From Limnohabitans sp. (GTDB lineage Bacteria > Pseudomonadota > Gammaproteobacteria > Burkholderiales > Burkholderiaceae_C): 38,419 nucleotides of DNA. The notes beneath the pieces were generated by a model, which ran no database searches, had not been told where the DNA came from, and saw only the letters and a program-made list of their open reading frames with translations. Each line of letters begins with the position of its first letter. Position 1 is the stretch's first letter. Position numbers and translations under genes: made by a program. The DNA lies in NCBI GenBank assembly GCA_041910735.1, contig JAYRQF010000018.1:1-38419 (forward strand), written 5' to 3'. Shown piece by piece: positions 26,870 through 35,418 of this stretch.

Positions 26870-27172
26870 ATGATCCTCGAACTCGCAGACATCCGCATCC
26901 AGCCCGGCCAGCAGGCTGCCTTTGAAGAAGCCATTGCCCGTGGCATTTCCACCGTGATCAGCCAGGCCAAGGGCTACCGTGGCGCCAAGGTCAACCACGG
27001 CATCGAAAACCCCGAGCGCTATGTGCTGCAAATCTTCTGGGACACGCTCGAAGACCACACCGTGGGTTTCCGGGAGTCGCCGCTCTTCACCGAATGGCGC
27101 GCCATCGTCGGGCCCTTTTTTGCGGCCCCGCCGGTGGTGGAGCATTTCGAACTGGCGTTCAAGTCGGCCTGA
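26870..27172 (+). CDS. Antibiotic biosynthesis monooxygenase (ABM) family protein
   Basis: MILELADIRIQPGQQAAFE, ENPERY, WDTLEDHTVGFRES, VEHF. Confidence 0.85.
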   Translation: MILELADIRIQPGQQAAFEEAIARGISTVISQAKGYRGAKVNHGIENPERYVLQIFWDTLEDHTVGFRESPLFTEWRAIVGPFFAAPPVVEHFELAFKSA

Positions 27173-27178
27173 GCCGGC

Positions 27179-27628
27179 TCATTCTGGTGCGGTGCCGGCT
27201 TCGTGACCGGCCACCAGCTGCGCCAGCAGGCGCATGAAAACTTCCTGATCCCGGGGTGCCAGCGGCGCCAGCATGTTCTGCTGCGCCCGTTCGACAGCCG
27301 CGTTCATGCGCCGCAGCGCCGCAGCCCCATCGGGCGTCACAAACAGCAACTTGCGGCGCCGGTCCTGCGCGTCGGCCTCACGCCGCACCCAGCCCTTGGT
27401 TTCCAGCCGCCCGATCACCGAACCCGAGGTGGCCGCATCAAAGGCCACGCGGTTGGCCAGCGTGATCTGGTCCACCCCCGGTGTGTCCATCATGGCGTTC
27501 ATGAAGGCGAACTGCACCGGCGTGACGTCATGGTCCGCCGTGGCACGGGCGAACTCGGCCACCGCGATCTGCTGGGCACGGCGAATCAGGTGGCCCGGTG
27601 CATGGGCAAAATCAAAGCTGGTGGGCAT
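27179..27628 (-). CDS. MarR family transcriptional regulator
   Basis: PGHLIRRAQQ, VTPVQF, DQITLA, RLETKGWVRR, DRRRKLL. Start chosen at ATG 27628. Confidence 0.9.
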   Translation of the reverse strand: MPTSFDFAHAPGHLIRRAQQIAVAEFARATADHDVTPVQFAFMNAMMDTPGVDQITLANRVAFDAATSGSVIGRLETKGWVRREADAQDRRRKLLFVTPDGAAALRRMNAAVERAQQNMLAPLAPRDQEVFMRLLAQLVAGHEAGTAPE

Positions 27629-27682
27629 GGTTTCAGAACAAGGGTAAACCCTAGGACAACCCGGAGCCTCAGGGAATTCTTC

Positions 27683-27696
27683 ATAAGTATACTTAT
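27683..27696. promoter_or_regulatory. Perfect 14-bp palindrome, probable MarR operator
   Basis: ATAAGTATACTTAT between the divergent marR and FAH genes. Confidence 0.6.
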
Positions 27697-27752
27697 CAAC
27701 ACCCCCCGGTAAAGCCCTTATTCGGGTCACCGATCTGACAGGAGTTCATTCC

Positions 27753-28448
27753 ATGGCCCATCTTTTCACGCCTCCCGCAACCGTGTCCGTTCCGGTGGTG
27801 GGGGAGTCCAGCGCCTTTCCGGTGCGCCGCATTTACTGCGTGGGCCGCAACTACGAAGAGCACGCCAAAGAAATGGGCTTCACCGGCCGTGAAGCGCCTT
27901 TCTTTTTCCTCAAGCCTGCCGACGCACTGGTGGTGATTGCGGCCGGCGAGACCGGCACCATGCCCTACCCCAGCCTGACGGCCAACCTGCACCACGAAAT
28001 CGAGCTGGTGGTGGCGATTGGCAAAGGCGGCAAAAACATCCAGGCCGCCGACGCGCTGCAGCACATTTACGGCTACGCCGTGGGCATGGACATGACGCGC
28101 CGCGACCTGCAAAACGAGATGAAGAAACTGGGCCGCCCCTGGTGCATCGGCAAGGCCTTTGATCACTCGGCGCCCATCGGTCCGATCACGCCGCTGGCCA
28201 AAGCGGGCGATGTGGACAAGGCCGAAATCAGCCTGCAGGTCAACGGCACCGACCGCCAGCGCAGCAACGTCAGCAAGCTGATCTGGAACATCGCCGAGAC
28301 CATCGAACACCTGTCGGCCGGCTGGGAACTGCAGCCCGGCGATCTGATCTACACCGGCACCCCCGAGGGGGTCGCGGCCGTCGTCCGCGGCGATCTGCTC
28401 GTGGGCGAAGTGGCAGGTCTGGGCCAGCTCAAGGTCCGGATCGTTTGA
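27753..28448 (+). CDS. Fumarylacetoacetate hydrolase family protein (acylpyruvate/fumarylpyruvate hydrolase-like)
   Basis: RRIYCVGRNYEEH, FFLKP, HHEIEL, DMTRRDLQ, KAFDHSAP, GDLIYTGTPEGV. Confidence 0.9.
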   Translation: MAHLFTPPATVSVPVVGESSAFPVRRIYCVGRNYEEHAKEMGFTGREAPFFFLKPADALVVIAAGETGTMPYPSLTANLHHEIELVVAIGKGGKNIQAADALQHIYGYAVGMDMTRRDLQNEMKKLGRPWCIGKAFDHSAPIGPITPLAKAGDVDKAEISLQVNGTDRQRSNVSKLIWNIAETIEHLSAGWELQPGDLIYTGTPEGVAAVVRGDLLVGEVAGLGQLKVRIV

Positions 28449-28469
28449 ACATCCAGTTCTGGAATTCCA

Positions 28470-28946
28470 ATGAAACTCCTTTCCCTGTTGGCGAATTTGT
28501 GCGCCATCCTGGCCGGTATTCTGATGACCGGCATCACGCTGCTGACCTGCGTCAGCCTGATCGGCCGCAACACCACGGGCTGGACGATTGCCGGCGACTT
28601 TGAACTGACCGGTGTCGCCACCGGTGCGGCAATCGCCCTCTTCATGCCGCTGTGCCAACTCAAGCGCGGCCACATCATCGTCGACTTTTTCACAGCCAAA
28701 GCCAGCGACGCCACCAACGCCTTGCTGGACCGCTTCGGCGCCCTGCTGGTGGCGGCCGTGTTCGCGCTCATGGCCTGGCGCACCGTGCTGGGTGGCCAAA
28801 ACGCCTATGACAGTTTCTCAGGCACCATGATGCTGGGCTTTCCCGAGTGGATCGTCTATGCCGCCATGGTCCCGCCCTTTGTGCTCTGCAGCCTGATTGC
28901 CCTGATCCAGGCGTTTGGCCACGCCGCTGAAGGAGAAGCCGCATGA
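28470..28946 (+). CDS. dctQ: TRAP transporter small permease (DctQ)
   Basis: Four TM segments, GDFEL, GHIIVDFF. Overlaps the dctM start (ATGA). Confidence 0.85.
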   Translation: MKLLSLLANLCAILAGILMTGITLLTCVSLIGRNTTGWTIAGDFELTGVATGAAIALFMPLCQLKRGHIIVDFFTAKASDATNALLDRFGALLVAAVFALMAWRTVLGGQNAYDSFSGTMMLGFPEWIVYAAMVPPFVLCSLIALIQAFGHAAEGEAA

Positions 28947-30259
28947 GCGCCCTGACCTTGTCCCTGATCATCTTTGGCCTGATGCTGTTGCTGATGGCCG
29001 TGCGCACCCCGATCGCGATCGCCATGTTCGGTGCCGGCACCATCGGCTACCTCATGCAAAGCGGCTGGGGAGCCTATTCCAATTTTCTCAACACCCAGGC
29101 GTTTGCGCGTTTTGCCAGCTACGACCTGTCGGTGATCCCGTTGTTCATCCTGATGGGGCACTTTGCAACGCAGGGCGGCATCAGCCGGGCGCTGTTCCAG
29201 TTCGCCGCCAGCGTGATGGGCCGCTTCAAGGGGGGCCTGGCCATGGCCGCCGTGCTGGCCAGTGCAGCCTTTGGTTCGATCTGCGGCTCGTCGGTCGCGA
29301 CCGCAGCCACCATCACCGGCGTGGCGCTGCCCGAGATGAAGCGTCACGGCTACTCGGGCCGCATCTCCACCGGCACGCTGGCTGCAGGTGGCACGCTGGG
29401 CATCCTGATCCCGCCGTCGGTCCCGCTGGTCATCTACGCCATCCTGGCCGAGCAGAACATCGCCAAACTCTTCGCCGCCGCCATGGTGCCCGGCATCATC
29501 GCGATGGTCGGTTACATGATCGCCATCGGTATCTATGTGCGCATCGTGCCCGGCCAGGCCCCGGACAGCGAAGAGCGGGAGCCCTTCAACATGCAGGCCA
29601 TGATGGGTATCCTGCCAATCGCCACTGTGTTCCTGATCGTGTTTGGCGGCATTTATGGTGGCTTCTTCACCCCCACCGAGGGTGCAGCCGTGGGTGCTGC
29701 CGCCACCTTCGTGGCCGCACTGGCCAAGCGTGAGATCACCTGGGAAAAATTCAAACACTGCTTTTATGACACCGCCATCAGCTCGGCCATGATCTTCCTG
29801 ATTTTCATCGGCGCCGACGTGATGAATGCCTCGCTGGCCCTGACCCAGGTGCCTGCCCAGCTGGCCGAAGTGGTGGGCGGCTGGGGTCTGCCGCCCCTGA
29901 TGGTCGTCACCGCCATCATGCTTTTCTACGTGGTGCTGGGCGCGGTGATGGACGAGCTGTCCATGATCCTGCTGACCATCCCGATCTTCTTCCCGATGAT
30001 CATGGGTCTGGACTTCGGCATGGCCAAAGAATCCGTGGCCATCTGGTTCGGCATCATGGTGCTGATGACCGTCGGCTTTGGCATGCTGGCTCCCCCGGTG
30101 GGGCTGAATGTTTATGTGGTCAACAGCATGGCCAAGGATGTCCCCATTGGCGAAAGCTACAAAGGCGTCATGCCCTTCCTGATCAGCGACACCATCCGTA
30201 CCACGCTGTTGCTGCTGTTCCCCGGCATCTCGCTGTGGCTGGTGCAGTACATCGGGTAA
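28943..30259 (+). CDS. dctM: TRAP transporter large permease (DctM)
   Basis: IPLFILMG, ICGSSVATA, GGTLGILIPPS, FTPTEGA, PPVGLNVYV. Confidence 0.92.
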   Translation: MSALTLSLIIFGLMLLLMAVRTPIAIAMFGAGTIGYLMQSGWGAYSNFLNTQAFARFASYDLSVIPLFILMGHFATQGGISRALFQFAASVMGRFKGGLAMAAVLASAAFGSICGSSVATAATITGVALPEMKRHGYSGRISTGTLAAGGTLGILIPPSVPLVIYAILAEQNIAKLFAAAMVPGIIAMVGYMIAIGIYVRIVPGQAPDSEEREPFNMQAMMGILPIATVFLIVFGGIYGGFFTPTEGAAVGAAATFVAALAKREITWEKFKHCFYDTAISSAMIFLIFIGADVMNASLALTQVPAQLAEVVGGWGLPPLMVVTAIMLFYVVLGAVMDELSMILLTIPIFFPMIMGLDFGMAKESVAIWFGIMVLMTVGFGMLAPPVGLNVYVVNSMAKDVPIGESYKGVMPFLISDTIRTTLLLLFPGISLWLVQYIG

Positions 30260-30319
30260 AGCCTGAAACCGACAAAACCGAAACCGATTTATCCTGATCC
30301 TGATTTTTTGGAGATCCTC

Positions 30320-31399
30320 ATGAAACGCCGTTCACTTTTCAAGATTGCTGCGTCTGCCGCCCTTGCGGCCAGCGCATTGGCCGCCAGCGCCCAGCAGACC
30401 GTCACCCTCAAATTCCACACTTTCATGGCTCCGCAATCGGGCGTGTGGCTGAACATGCACAAGCCCTGGATGGCCAAGGTCGAAAAGGAATCCGGTGGCC
30501 GCATCAAGTTCGAGGCCTACCCTGCCATGCAGCTCGGCGGCACCCCGGTGCAGCTGTACGACCAGGTCAAGGACGGCGTGGTCGACGTGATCTGGACCCT
30601 GCCCGGCAACACCGCCGGCCGTTTCCCGCGTGTCGAAGTGTTCGAGTTGCCCTTCATGATGACCAACGCCGAAGCCACCTCGCGCGCCTACTGGGAGTAT
30701 GTGCAGACCATGGCCCCGGACGAATTCAAGGACGTGCATGTGCTGGCGCTGCAGGTGCACGGCCCGGGCGTGATCCACACCGCAGACAAGCCGGTCAAGA
30801 CCGCAGACGACATGAAGGGCCTGAAAATGCGCGCCCCGACCCGCCAGGTGACCAAGTTGTTGGGCGCCCTGGGTGCCACGCCGGTCGGTATGCCTTTGCC
30901 CAACATTCCGGACGCCCTGTCCAAAGGCACCATCAACGGCGCCGTGATCCCCTGGGAAGTGGTGCAGCCGACCAAGGTGCACGAACTGACCAAATACCAC
31001 GCCGAATTCGACCCGGCAGGGGGCTCGCTCTACACCACCACCTTTGTGCTGGCCATGAACAAGGCCAAGTACAACAGCCTGCCGCCTGACCTGAAGAAAG
31101 TCATCGACAACAACAGCGGCATCGAAACCTCGGCCTGGCTGGGCAAGGTCCAGCAAGACAACGACATCCCCGGTCGTCAGGCTGCCGTGGACCACAAAAA
31201 CACCATCTTCACCGTCAGCCCTGAAGAAGCACAGAATTTTCGTCGCAAGTCCCGCGCTCTGGAAGTCGAATGGGTGCAGGACATGAACAAGCGCGGCTAC
31301 GACGGCACCAAGCTGATCGAAACCGCCCGTGCCCTGATCGAGAAGCACACCAAGGCCCAGCAGGCCGGCGCAGCCAAAAAGGCACCGGTCAAGAAGTAA
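30320..31399 (+). CDS. dctP: TRAP transporter substrate-binding protein (DctP)
   Basis: GGAGA RBS, signal peptide, SGGRIKFEAYPAMQLGG, DMKGLKMRAP, LGATPVGMP. Confidence 0.92.
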   Translation: MKRRSLFKIAASAALAASALAASAQQTVTLKFHTFMAPQSGVWLNMHKPWMAKVEKESGGRIKFEAYPAMQLGGTPVQLYDQVKDGVVDVIWTLPGNTAGRFPRVEVFELPFMMTNAEATSRAYWEYVQTMAPDEFKDVHVLALQVHGPGVIHTADKPVKTADDMKGLKMRAPTRQVTKLLGALGATPVGMPLPNIPDALSKGTINGAVIPWEVVQPTKVHELTKYHAEFDPAGGSLYTTTFVLAMNKAKYNSLPPDLKKVIDNNSGIETSAWLGKVQQDNDIPGRQAAVDHKNTIFTVSPEEAQNFRRKSRALEVEWVQDMNKRGYDGTKLIETARALIEKHTKAQQAGAAKKAPVKK

Positions 31400-31416
31400 C
31401 CCCTTTACGCCACGCC

Positions 31417-31442
31417 AAAAGGCTCCTTCGGGAGCCTTTTTT
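31417..31442 (+). terminator. Rho-independent terminator after dctP
   Basis: AAAAGGCTCC-TTCG-GGAGCCTTTTTT. Confidence 0.9.
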
Positions 31443-31465
31443 CATGCGCGCATTACACTGTCAGC

Positions 31466-32011
31466 ATGCAACGCCCGCCCATCAAGCACTGCCGCGAATG
31501 CGGTACGCCCGTGCACTACCGCCTGCCCGATGACGGTGACACGCGCGAGCGCGCCATCTGCACCGCCTGCGACACCATCCATTACGAAAACCCGCTCAAC
31601 GTGGTGGGCACTGTGCCCTGGCTGGGTGACCGCGTGCTGCTGTGCAAGCGCAACATCGAGCCACGCTGGGGCAAATGGACGCTGCCGGCGGGCTTCATGG
31701 AACTGGGCGAATCCACCGCGCAAGGTGCGGCCCGCGAAACCCGGGAAGAAGCCGGCGCCCTTTTCGAGATGGAAGACCTGTTCACCGTCATGAGCGTGCC
31801 GCGTGTGGGGCAGGTGCACCTGTACTACCGCGCTCGCCTCACAAGTGAGGTGTTCGACCCCGGGCACGAAACGCTGGAAGCGCGGCTGTTCCGGGAAAAC
31901 GAGATTCCGTGGGAAGAACTGGCCTTTCGCACCGTGCGCGAAACCCTGCTGCGTTACTTTGCCGACCAACGTGCCGGCCGCTTTGGCACGCATGCGTTCG
32001 ACATCGAGTGA
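31466..32011 (+). CDS. NUDIX hydrolase with N-terminal zinc ribbon
   Basis: CRECG and CTAC cysteine pairs, HYENP, Nudix box PAGFMELGESTAQGAARETREEAG. Confidence 0.9.
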   Translation: MQRPPIKHCRECGTPVHYRLPDDGDTRERAICTACDTIHYENPLNVVGTVPWLGDRVLLCKRNIEPRWGKWTLPAGFMELGESTAQGAARETREEAGALFEMEDLFTVMSVPRVGQVHLYYRARLTSEVFDPGHETLEARLFRENEIPWEELAFRTVRETLLRYFADQRAGRFGTHAFDIE

Positions 32012-32108
32012 TCGCCTCCACACTGGCCTCTCTTTGCCCCCGCAAATGACCCCATAATGCCAAGGCTTCCCGCCCGATGGGCCGGAGTGTTTGATCCAAG
32101 GAATCGCC

Positions 32109-32333
32109 ATGAACAAAACCCTTTTGACCCTGCTGGCTGCTGTCGTGAGCTCGGCCGCACTGGCCCAGACCGCAGCACCTGCCGCCCCGGCCATACCGGC
32201 AACGCCCCCCGCCGTGGTGGCCCCGGCCACAGCACCTGCTGCAGCCCCTGCTGCCGAAGCCCCGGCCAAGAAAAAAGCCAAGGCCCATAAAGCCGACAAG
32301 AAAGCCAGGAAGAGCAAAAAGAAAAAGCACTGA
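32109..32333 (+). CDS. Small exported Ala/Pro-rich protein with a Lys-rich tail
   Basis: AAGGA RBS before ATG 32109, signal peptide ending ALA-Q, tail KKKAKAHKADKKARKSKKKKH, followed by its own terminator. Confidence 0.75.
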   Translation: MNKTLLTLLAAVVSSAALAQTAAPAAPAIPATPPAVVAPATAPAAAPAAEAPAKKKAKAHKADKKARKSKKKKH

Positions 32334-32371
32334 CACCCTGCGAGGTTCGGCCTCGCTGCAACGTCACCGCC

Positions 32372-32395
32372 AAGGCTCCGCATGGAGCCTTTTTT
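32372..32395 (+). terminator. Rho-independent terminator
   Basis: AAGGCTCC-GCAT-GGAGCCTTTTTT. Confidence 0.85.
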
Positions 32396-32440
32396 CATGG
32401 GCATTTTTGCCCGTCGATGCCGCTGCGCACACGCCATTCG

Positions 32441-32496
32441 ACGTCATCAAATCTTCATGCCAGTTTCACGCGGTCATCACACAAGGCCAAGACACT
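32441..32496 (+). promoter_or_regulatory. Four-half-site Pho box array plus -10 upstream of the porin
   Basis: GTCAT(32443), TTCAT(32454), TTCAC(32465), ATCAC(32476), then 10 nt, then GACACT. Confidence 0.7.
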
Positions 32497-32525
32497 CCCT
32501 GTGTTCTTTACATGGAGTTTGACCA

Positions 32526-33605
32526 ATGAAATTTTCCAAATCCCTCGTTGCATCGGCCGTTGTGCTGACCGTGGCTTCTGCGGCGCACGCCGAAGTCAAA
32601 ACCGATGGCCTGCTCGAAATCTATGGCCGCGCCAGCTTCTCGGTGGACAAACTCGACGACGGCGACAAATACAGCCGCATGAACCTGTCGAGCAATGCCT
32701 CGCGCCTGGGTTTGAGGGGCAGCAAGAAGATCGGTGAACTGACTGGCATCTGGCAGATCGAGCAAGAAATCCAGTTCAACATGAGCAACAGCAAAGACGA
32801 TACCAACAACCGACTGGCCTCACGCGACACTTTCGCCGGTCTGCAGGGCGATTTCGGTACCGTCCGCGCCGGCAAGTTCGACACCCCCTTCAAGGTGGCG
32901 CGAGAGCCTTTCAACCTGTTCGGCGACCAGCTGGGCGACATGCGCAACCTGACCAAGGTGGGTAAGGCTAAATTCGACGAGCGTCTGAACAACATGCTCG
33001 AATACCAGACCCCGGTGATGGGCGGCTTCCAGGGAAAGCTTGCTTACTCCTTCCATTCGGGTACCAGCGCCGAAACCCTACCCAGCGGTGTTGATAAAAA
33101 ACAGGACGCCACCAGCCTGGCATTGGGTTACAAAGCAGGCAACCTCGACGCTAACTTGGCCTTCGAGACCTATGGCTCCGATACCACCGACACCGGTAAC
33201 CGCGAAGCCACGCGTGCTGCGGTCGCCTACAAACTCATGCCCGAGATGCGCGTGATGGGCTTCTACCAGACAGCGAAGTCCAAAGCCGGCACCACCGATG
33301 AAGGCGCCAAGGTGTCCGGTATCGGCGCAGAATACATGGTGACCCCAAAAACGGCTCTCAAAGCGCATTACATGAACCGCAAGGCTAACGCTGCCAATTC
33401 GGATGCCACCATGTATACCGTGGGCACCGAATACCGTTACAACAAAGAACTGCGCTTCTACGCCAGCTATGCTGCGGTAGACAACGGTTCGAAGGCCATA
33501 CTGGCCCCATGGACAGAAGGTCGCACGGCCACTGCCCCTGTGGCAGCCACCGCTATGGGCAAGACCACGACGGGCCTGTCCGTCGGCATGCGCTACGACT
33601 TCTGA
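32526..33605 (+). CDS. Gram-negative outer-membrane porin
   Basis: Signal peptide ending AHA-E, IYGR, SRLGLRG, RDTFAGLQGDFGTVRAG, C-terminal GMRYDF (BAM-type terminal Phe). Confidence 0.92.
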   Translation: MKFSKSLVASAVVLTVASAAHAEVKTDGLLEIYGRASFSVDKLDDGDKYSRMNLSSNASRLGLRGSKKIGELTGIWQIEQEIQFNMSNSKDDTNNRLASRDTFAGLQGDFGTVRAGKFDTPFKVAREPFNLFGDQLGDMRNLTKVGKAKFDERLNNMLEYQTPVMGGFQGKLAYSFHSGTSAETLPSGVDKKQDATSLALGYKAGNLDANLAFETYGSDTTDTGNREATRAAVAYKLMPEMRVMGFYQTAKSKAGTTDEGAKVSGIGAEYMVTPKTALKAHYMNRKANAANSDATMYTVGTEYRYNKELRFYASYAAVDNGSKAILAPWTEGRTATAPVAATAMGKTTTGLSVGMRYDF

Positions 33606-33648
33606 TGGTCTGACACACCGCCTGCAACAGGCGGTGATCTCCAAGGTT

Positions 33649-33682
33649 CAGGAGGCCCTCGCGAGGGGCCTCCTGTTTTTTT
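33649..33682 (+). terminator. Rho-independent terminator after the porin
   Basis: CAGGAGGCCC-TCGCGAG-GGGCCTCCTG followed by seven T. A second hairpin CACCGCCTG-CAA-CAGGCGGTG lies at 33616-33636. Confidence 0.85.
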
Positions 33683-33688
33683 GTGTGC

Positions 33689-35335
33689 TCACACGTCGAT
33701 CGCCGCTGCAGACCCGGCCTGCTTGCGCAACTCGAACTTCTGGATCTTGCCGGTGCTGGTTTTGGGCAGCTCGCCAAACACCACCGCACGCGGGACCTTG
33801 AAGCCCGCCAGATGCTGCTTGCAGTGGGCCACGATGTCTTCCACCGTGACCTGTGCACCCGCTTTCAGCTCAACAAAGGCGCAGGGCGTCTCGCCCCAAC
33901 GCGCATCGGGCTTGGCCACCACGGCCGCGGCCAGCACGGCGGGGTGGCGGTACAGCACGTCTTCGACCTCGATGGACGAGATGTTCTCGCCGCCCGAAAT
34001 GATGATGTCTTTGCTGCGGTCCTTGATCTTGATGTAGCCGTCCGGGTACTGCACCGCCAGATCGCCGCTGTGGAACCAGCCGCCGGCAAAGGCTTCTTGC
34101 GTGGCCTTGGGGTTCTTGAGGTAGCCCTTCATGGCAATGTTGCCGCGGAACATGATCTCGCCCATGGTTTCGCCGTCCATCGGCACTGGCTCCATGGTTT
34201 CGGGGTTGAGCACGCGCACATCGCGCTCCAGGTGGTAGCGCACGCCCTGACGGGCGTTGAGGCGGGCGCGCTCGCCGATGTCGAGCTGGTTCCAGTCCTC
34301 GTGCTTGGCGCAGACGGTGGCGGGGCCGTACACCTCGGTCAGGCCGTACACATGGGTCAGGTCAAAGCCCATCTGCTCCATGCCTTCGATCATCGAGGCT
34401 GGCGGTGCGGCACCGGCCACCATGGCCTTGACGCCTGCGGGCACACCGGCTTTCATCTCGGCCGGAGCGTTGACCAAGAGACCATGCACGATGGGCGCGC
34501 CGCAATAGTGCGTCACGCCGTGCTGGCGGATGGCGTCAAAAATGGCCTGCGGCTCGACACGCCGCAAACACACGTTGACGGCCGCACGCGCCGCCAGTGT
34601 CCACGGGAAGCACCAGCCGTTGCAGTGGAACATGGGCAGCGTCCAGAGGTACACCGAATGCTTGGGCATGTCCCATTCGAGCACGTTGGACACGGCGTTG
34701 GTGGCCGCGCCCCGGTGGTGGTAGACCACGCCCTTGGGGTTGCCGGTGGTGCCGCTGGTGTAGTTCAGGGCAATCGCGTCCCACTCGTTGGCGGGCAGGC
34801 TCCAGACAAAAGCCGGGTCGCCCTTGGCCACAAAGGCTTCATAAGTGGTGGAGCCGATTTTCTCGGCCGGGCTTGTGAACAGGGTGTCTTCCACATCGAT
34901 CACCAGCAAGGGCGACTTGGACTGGCGCAGAGCCATCGCCTTTTTCATCACGCCGGCAAATTCAGGATCGACGATCACGGCCTTGGCTTCGCCGTGGTCG
35001 AGCATGAAGGCAATCGTTTCCGGGTCCAGGCGGGTGTTGAGCGTATTGAGCACGGCGCCGGCCATCGGAATGCCGAAATGCGCCTCCACCATGGGCGGGG
35101 TGTTGGGCAGCATGACGGCCACGGTGTCGTTCTTGCCGATGCCCGCCTGAGACAGGGCACTGGCCAGCTGGCGGCAGCGGCGGTACGTCGTGGCCCAGTC
35201 CTGGCGCAGGCTGCCGTGCACCACGGCCAGCCGCGTCGGGTAGACCTCGGCGGTGCGTTCGATGAAGGACAGGGGTGACATCGGCGCGAAGTTCGCCGGG
35301 GTCTGGGGCAGGTCCTGGTCGTAAATGCTGCTCAT
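33689..35335 (-). CDS. Acyl-CoA synthetase (AMP-binding)
   Basis: YTSGTTGNPKG, LPMFHCNGW, YGLTEVYG, WFHSGDL, DRSKDIIISGGENISS, LPKTSTGKIQK. Confidence 0.95.
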   Translation of the reverse strand: MSSIYDQDLPQTPANFAPMSPLSFIERTAEVYPTRLAVVHGSLRQDWATTYRRCRQLASALSQAGIGKNDTVAVMLPNTPPMVEAHFGIPMAGAVLNTLNTRLDPETIAFMLDHGEAKAVIVDPEFAGVMKKAMALRQSKSPLLVIDVEDTLFTSPAEKIGSTTYEAFVAKGDPAFVWSLPANEWDAIALNYTSGTTGNPKGVVYHHRGAATNAVSNVLEWDMPKHSVYLWTLPMFHCNGWCFPWTLAARAAVNVCLRRVEPQAIFDAIRQHGVTHYCGAPIVHGLLVNAPAEMKAGVPAGVKAMVAGAAPPASMIEGMEQMGFDLTHVYGLTEVYGPATVCAKHEDWNQLDIGERARLNARQGVRYHLERDVRVLNPETMEPVPMDGETMGEIMFRGNIAMKGYLKNPKATQEAFAGGWFHSGDLAVQYPDGYIKIKDRSKDIIISGGENISSIEVEDVLYRHPAVLAAAVVAKPDARWGETPCAFVELKAGAQVTVEDIVAHCKQHLAGFKVPRAVVFGELPKTSTGKIQKFELRKQAGSAAAIDV

Positions 35336-35418
35336 GCAGTACTCCTCGGGTATTCAAAGGGCGATTGGACAACGGCCGTCTGACAATGGGCTGAAAGCGG
35401 ATGGTGGACAATCCCCGC

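Noticed and set aside
30261-30310. Short direct repeats (AAACCGA x3, ATCCTG x2) before dctP
   Set aside because: Too short and low in complexity to support a function.
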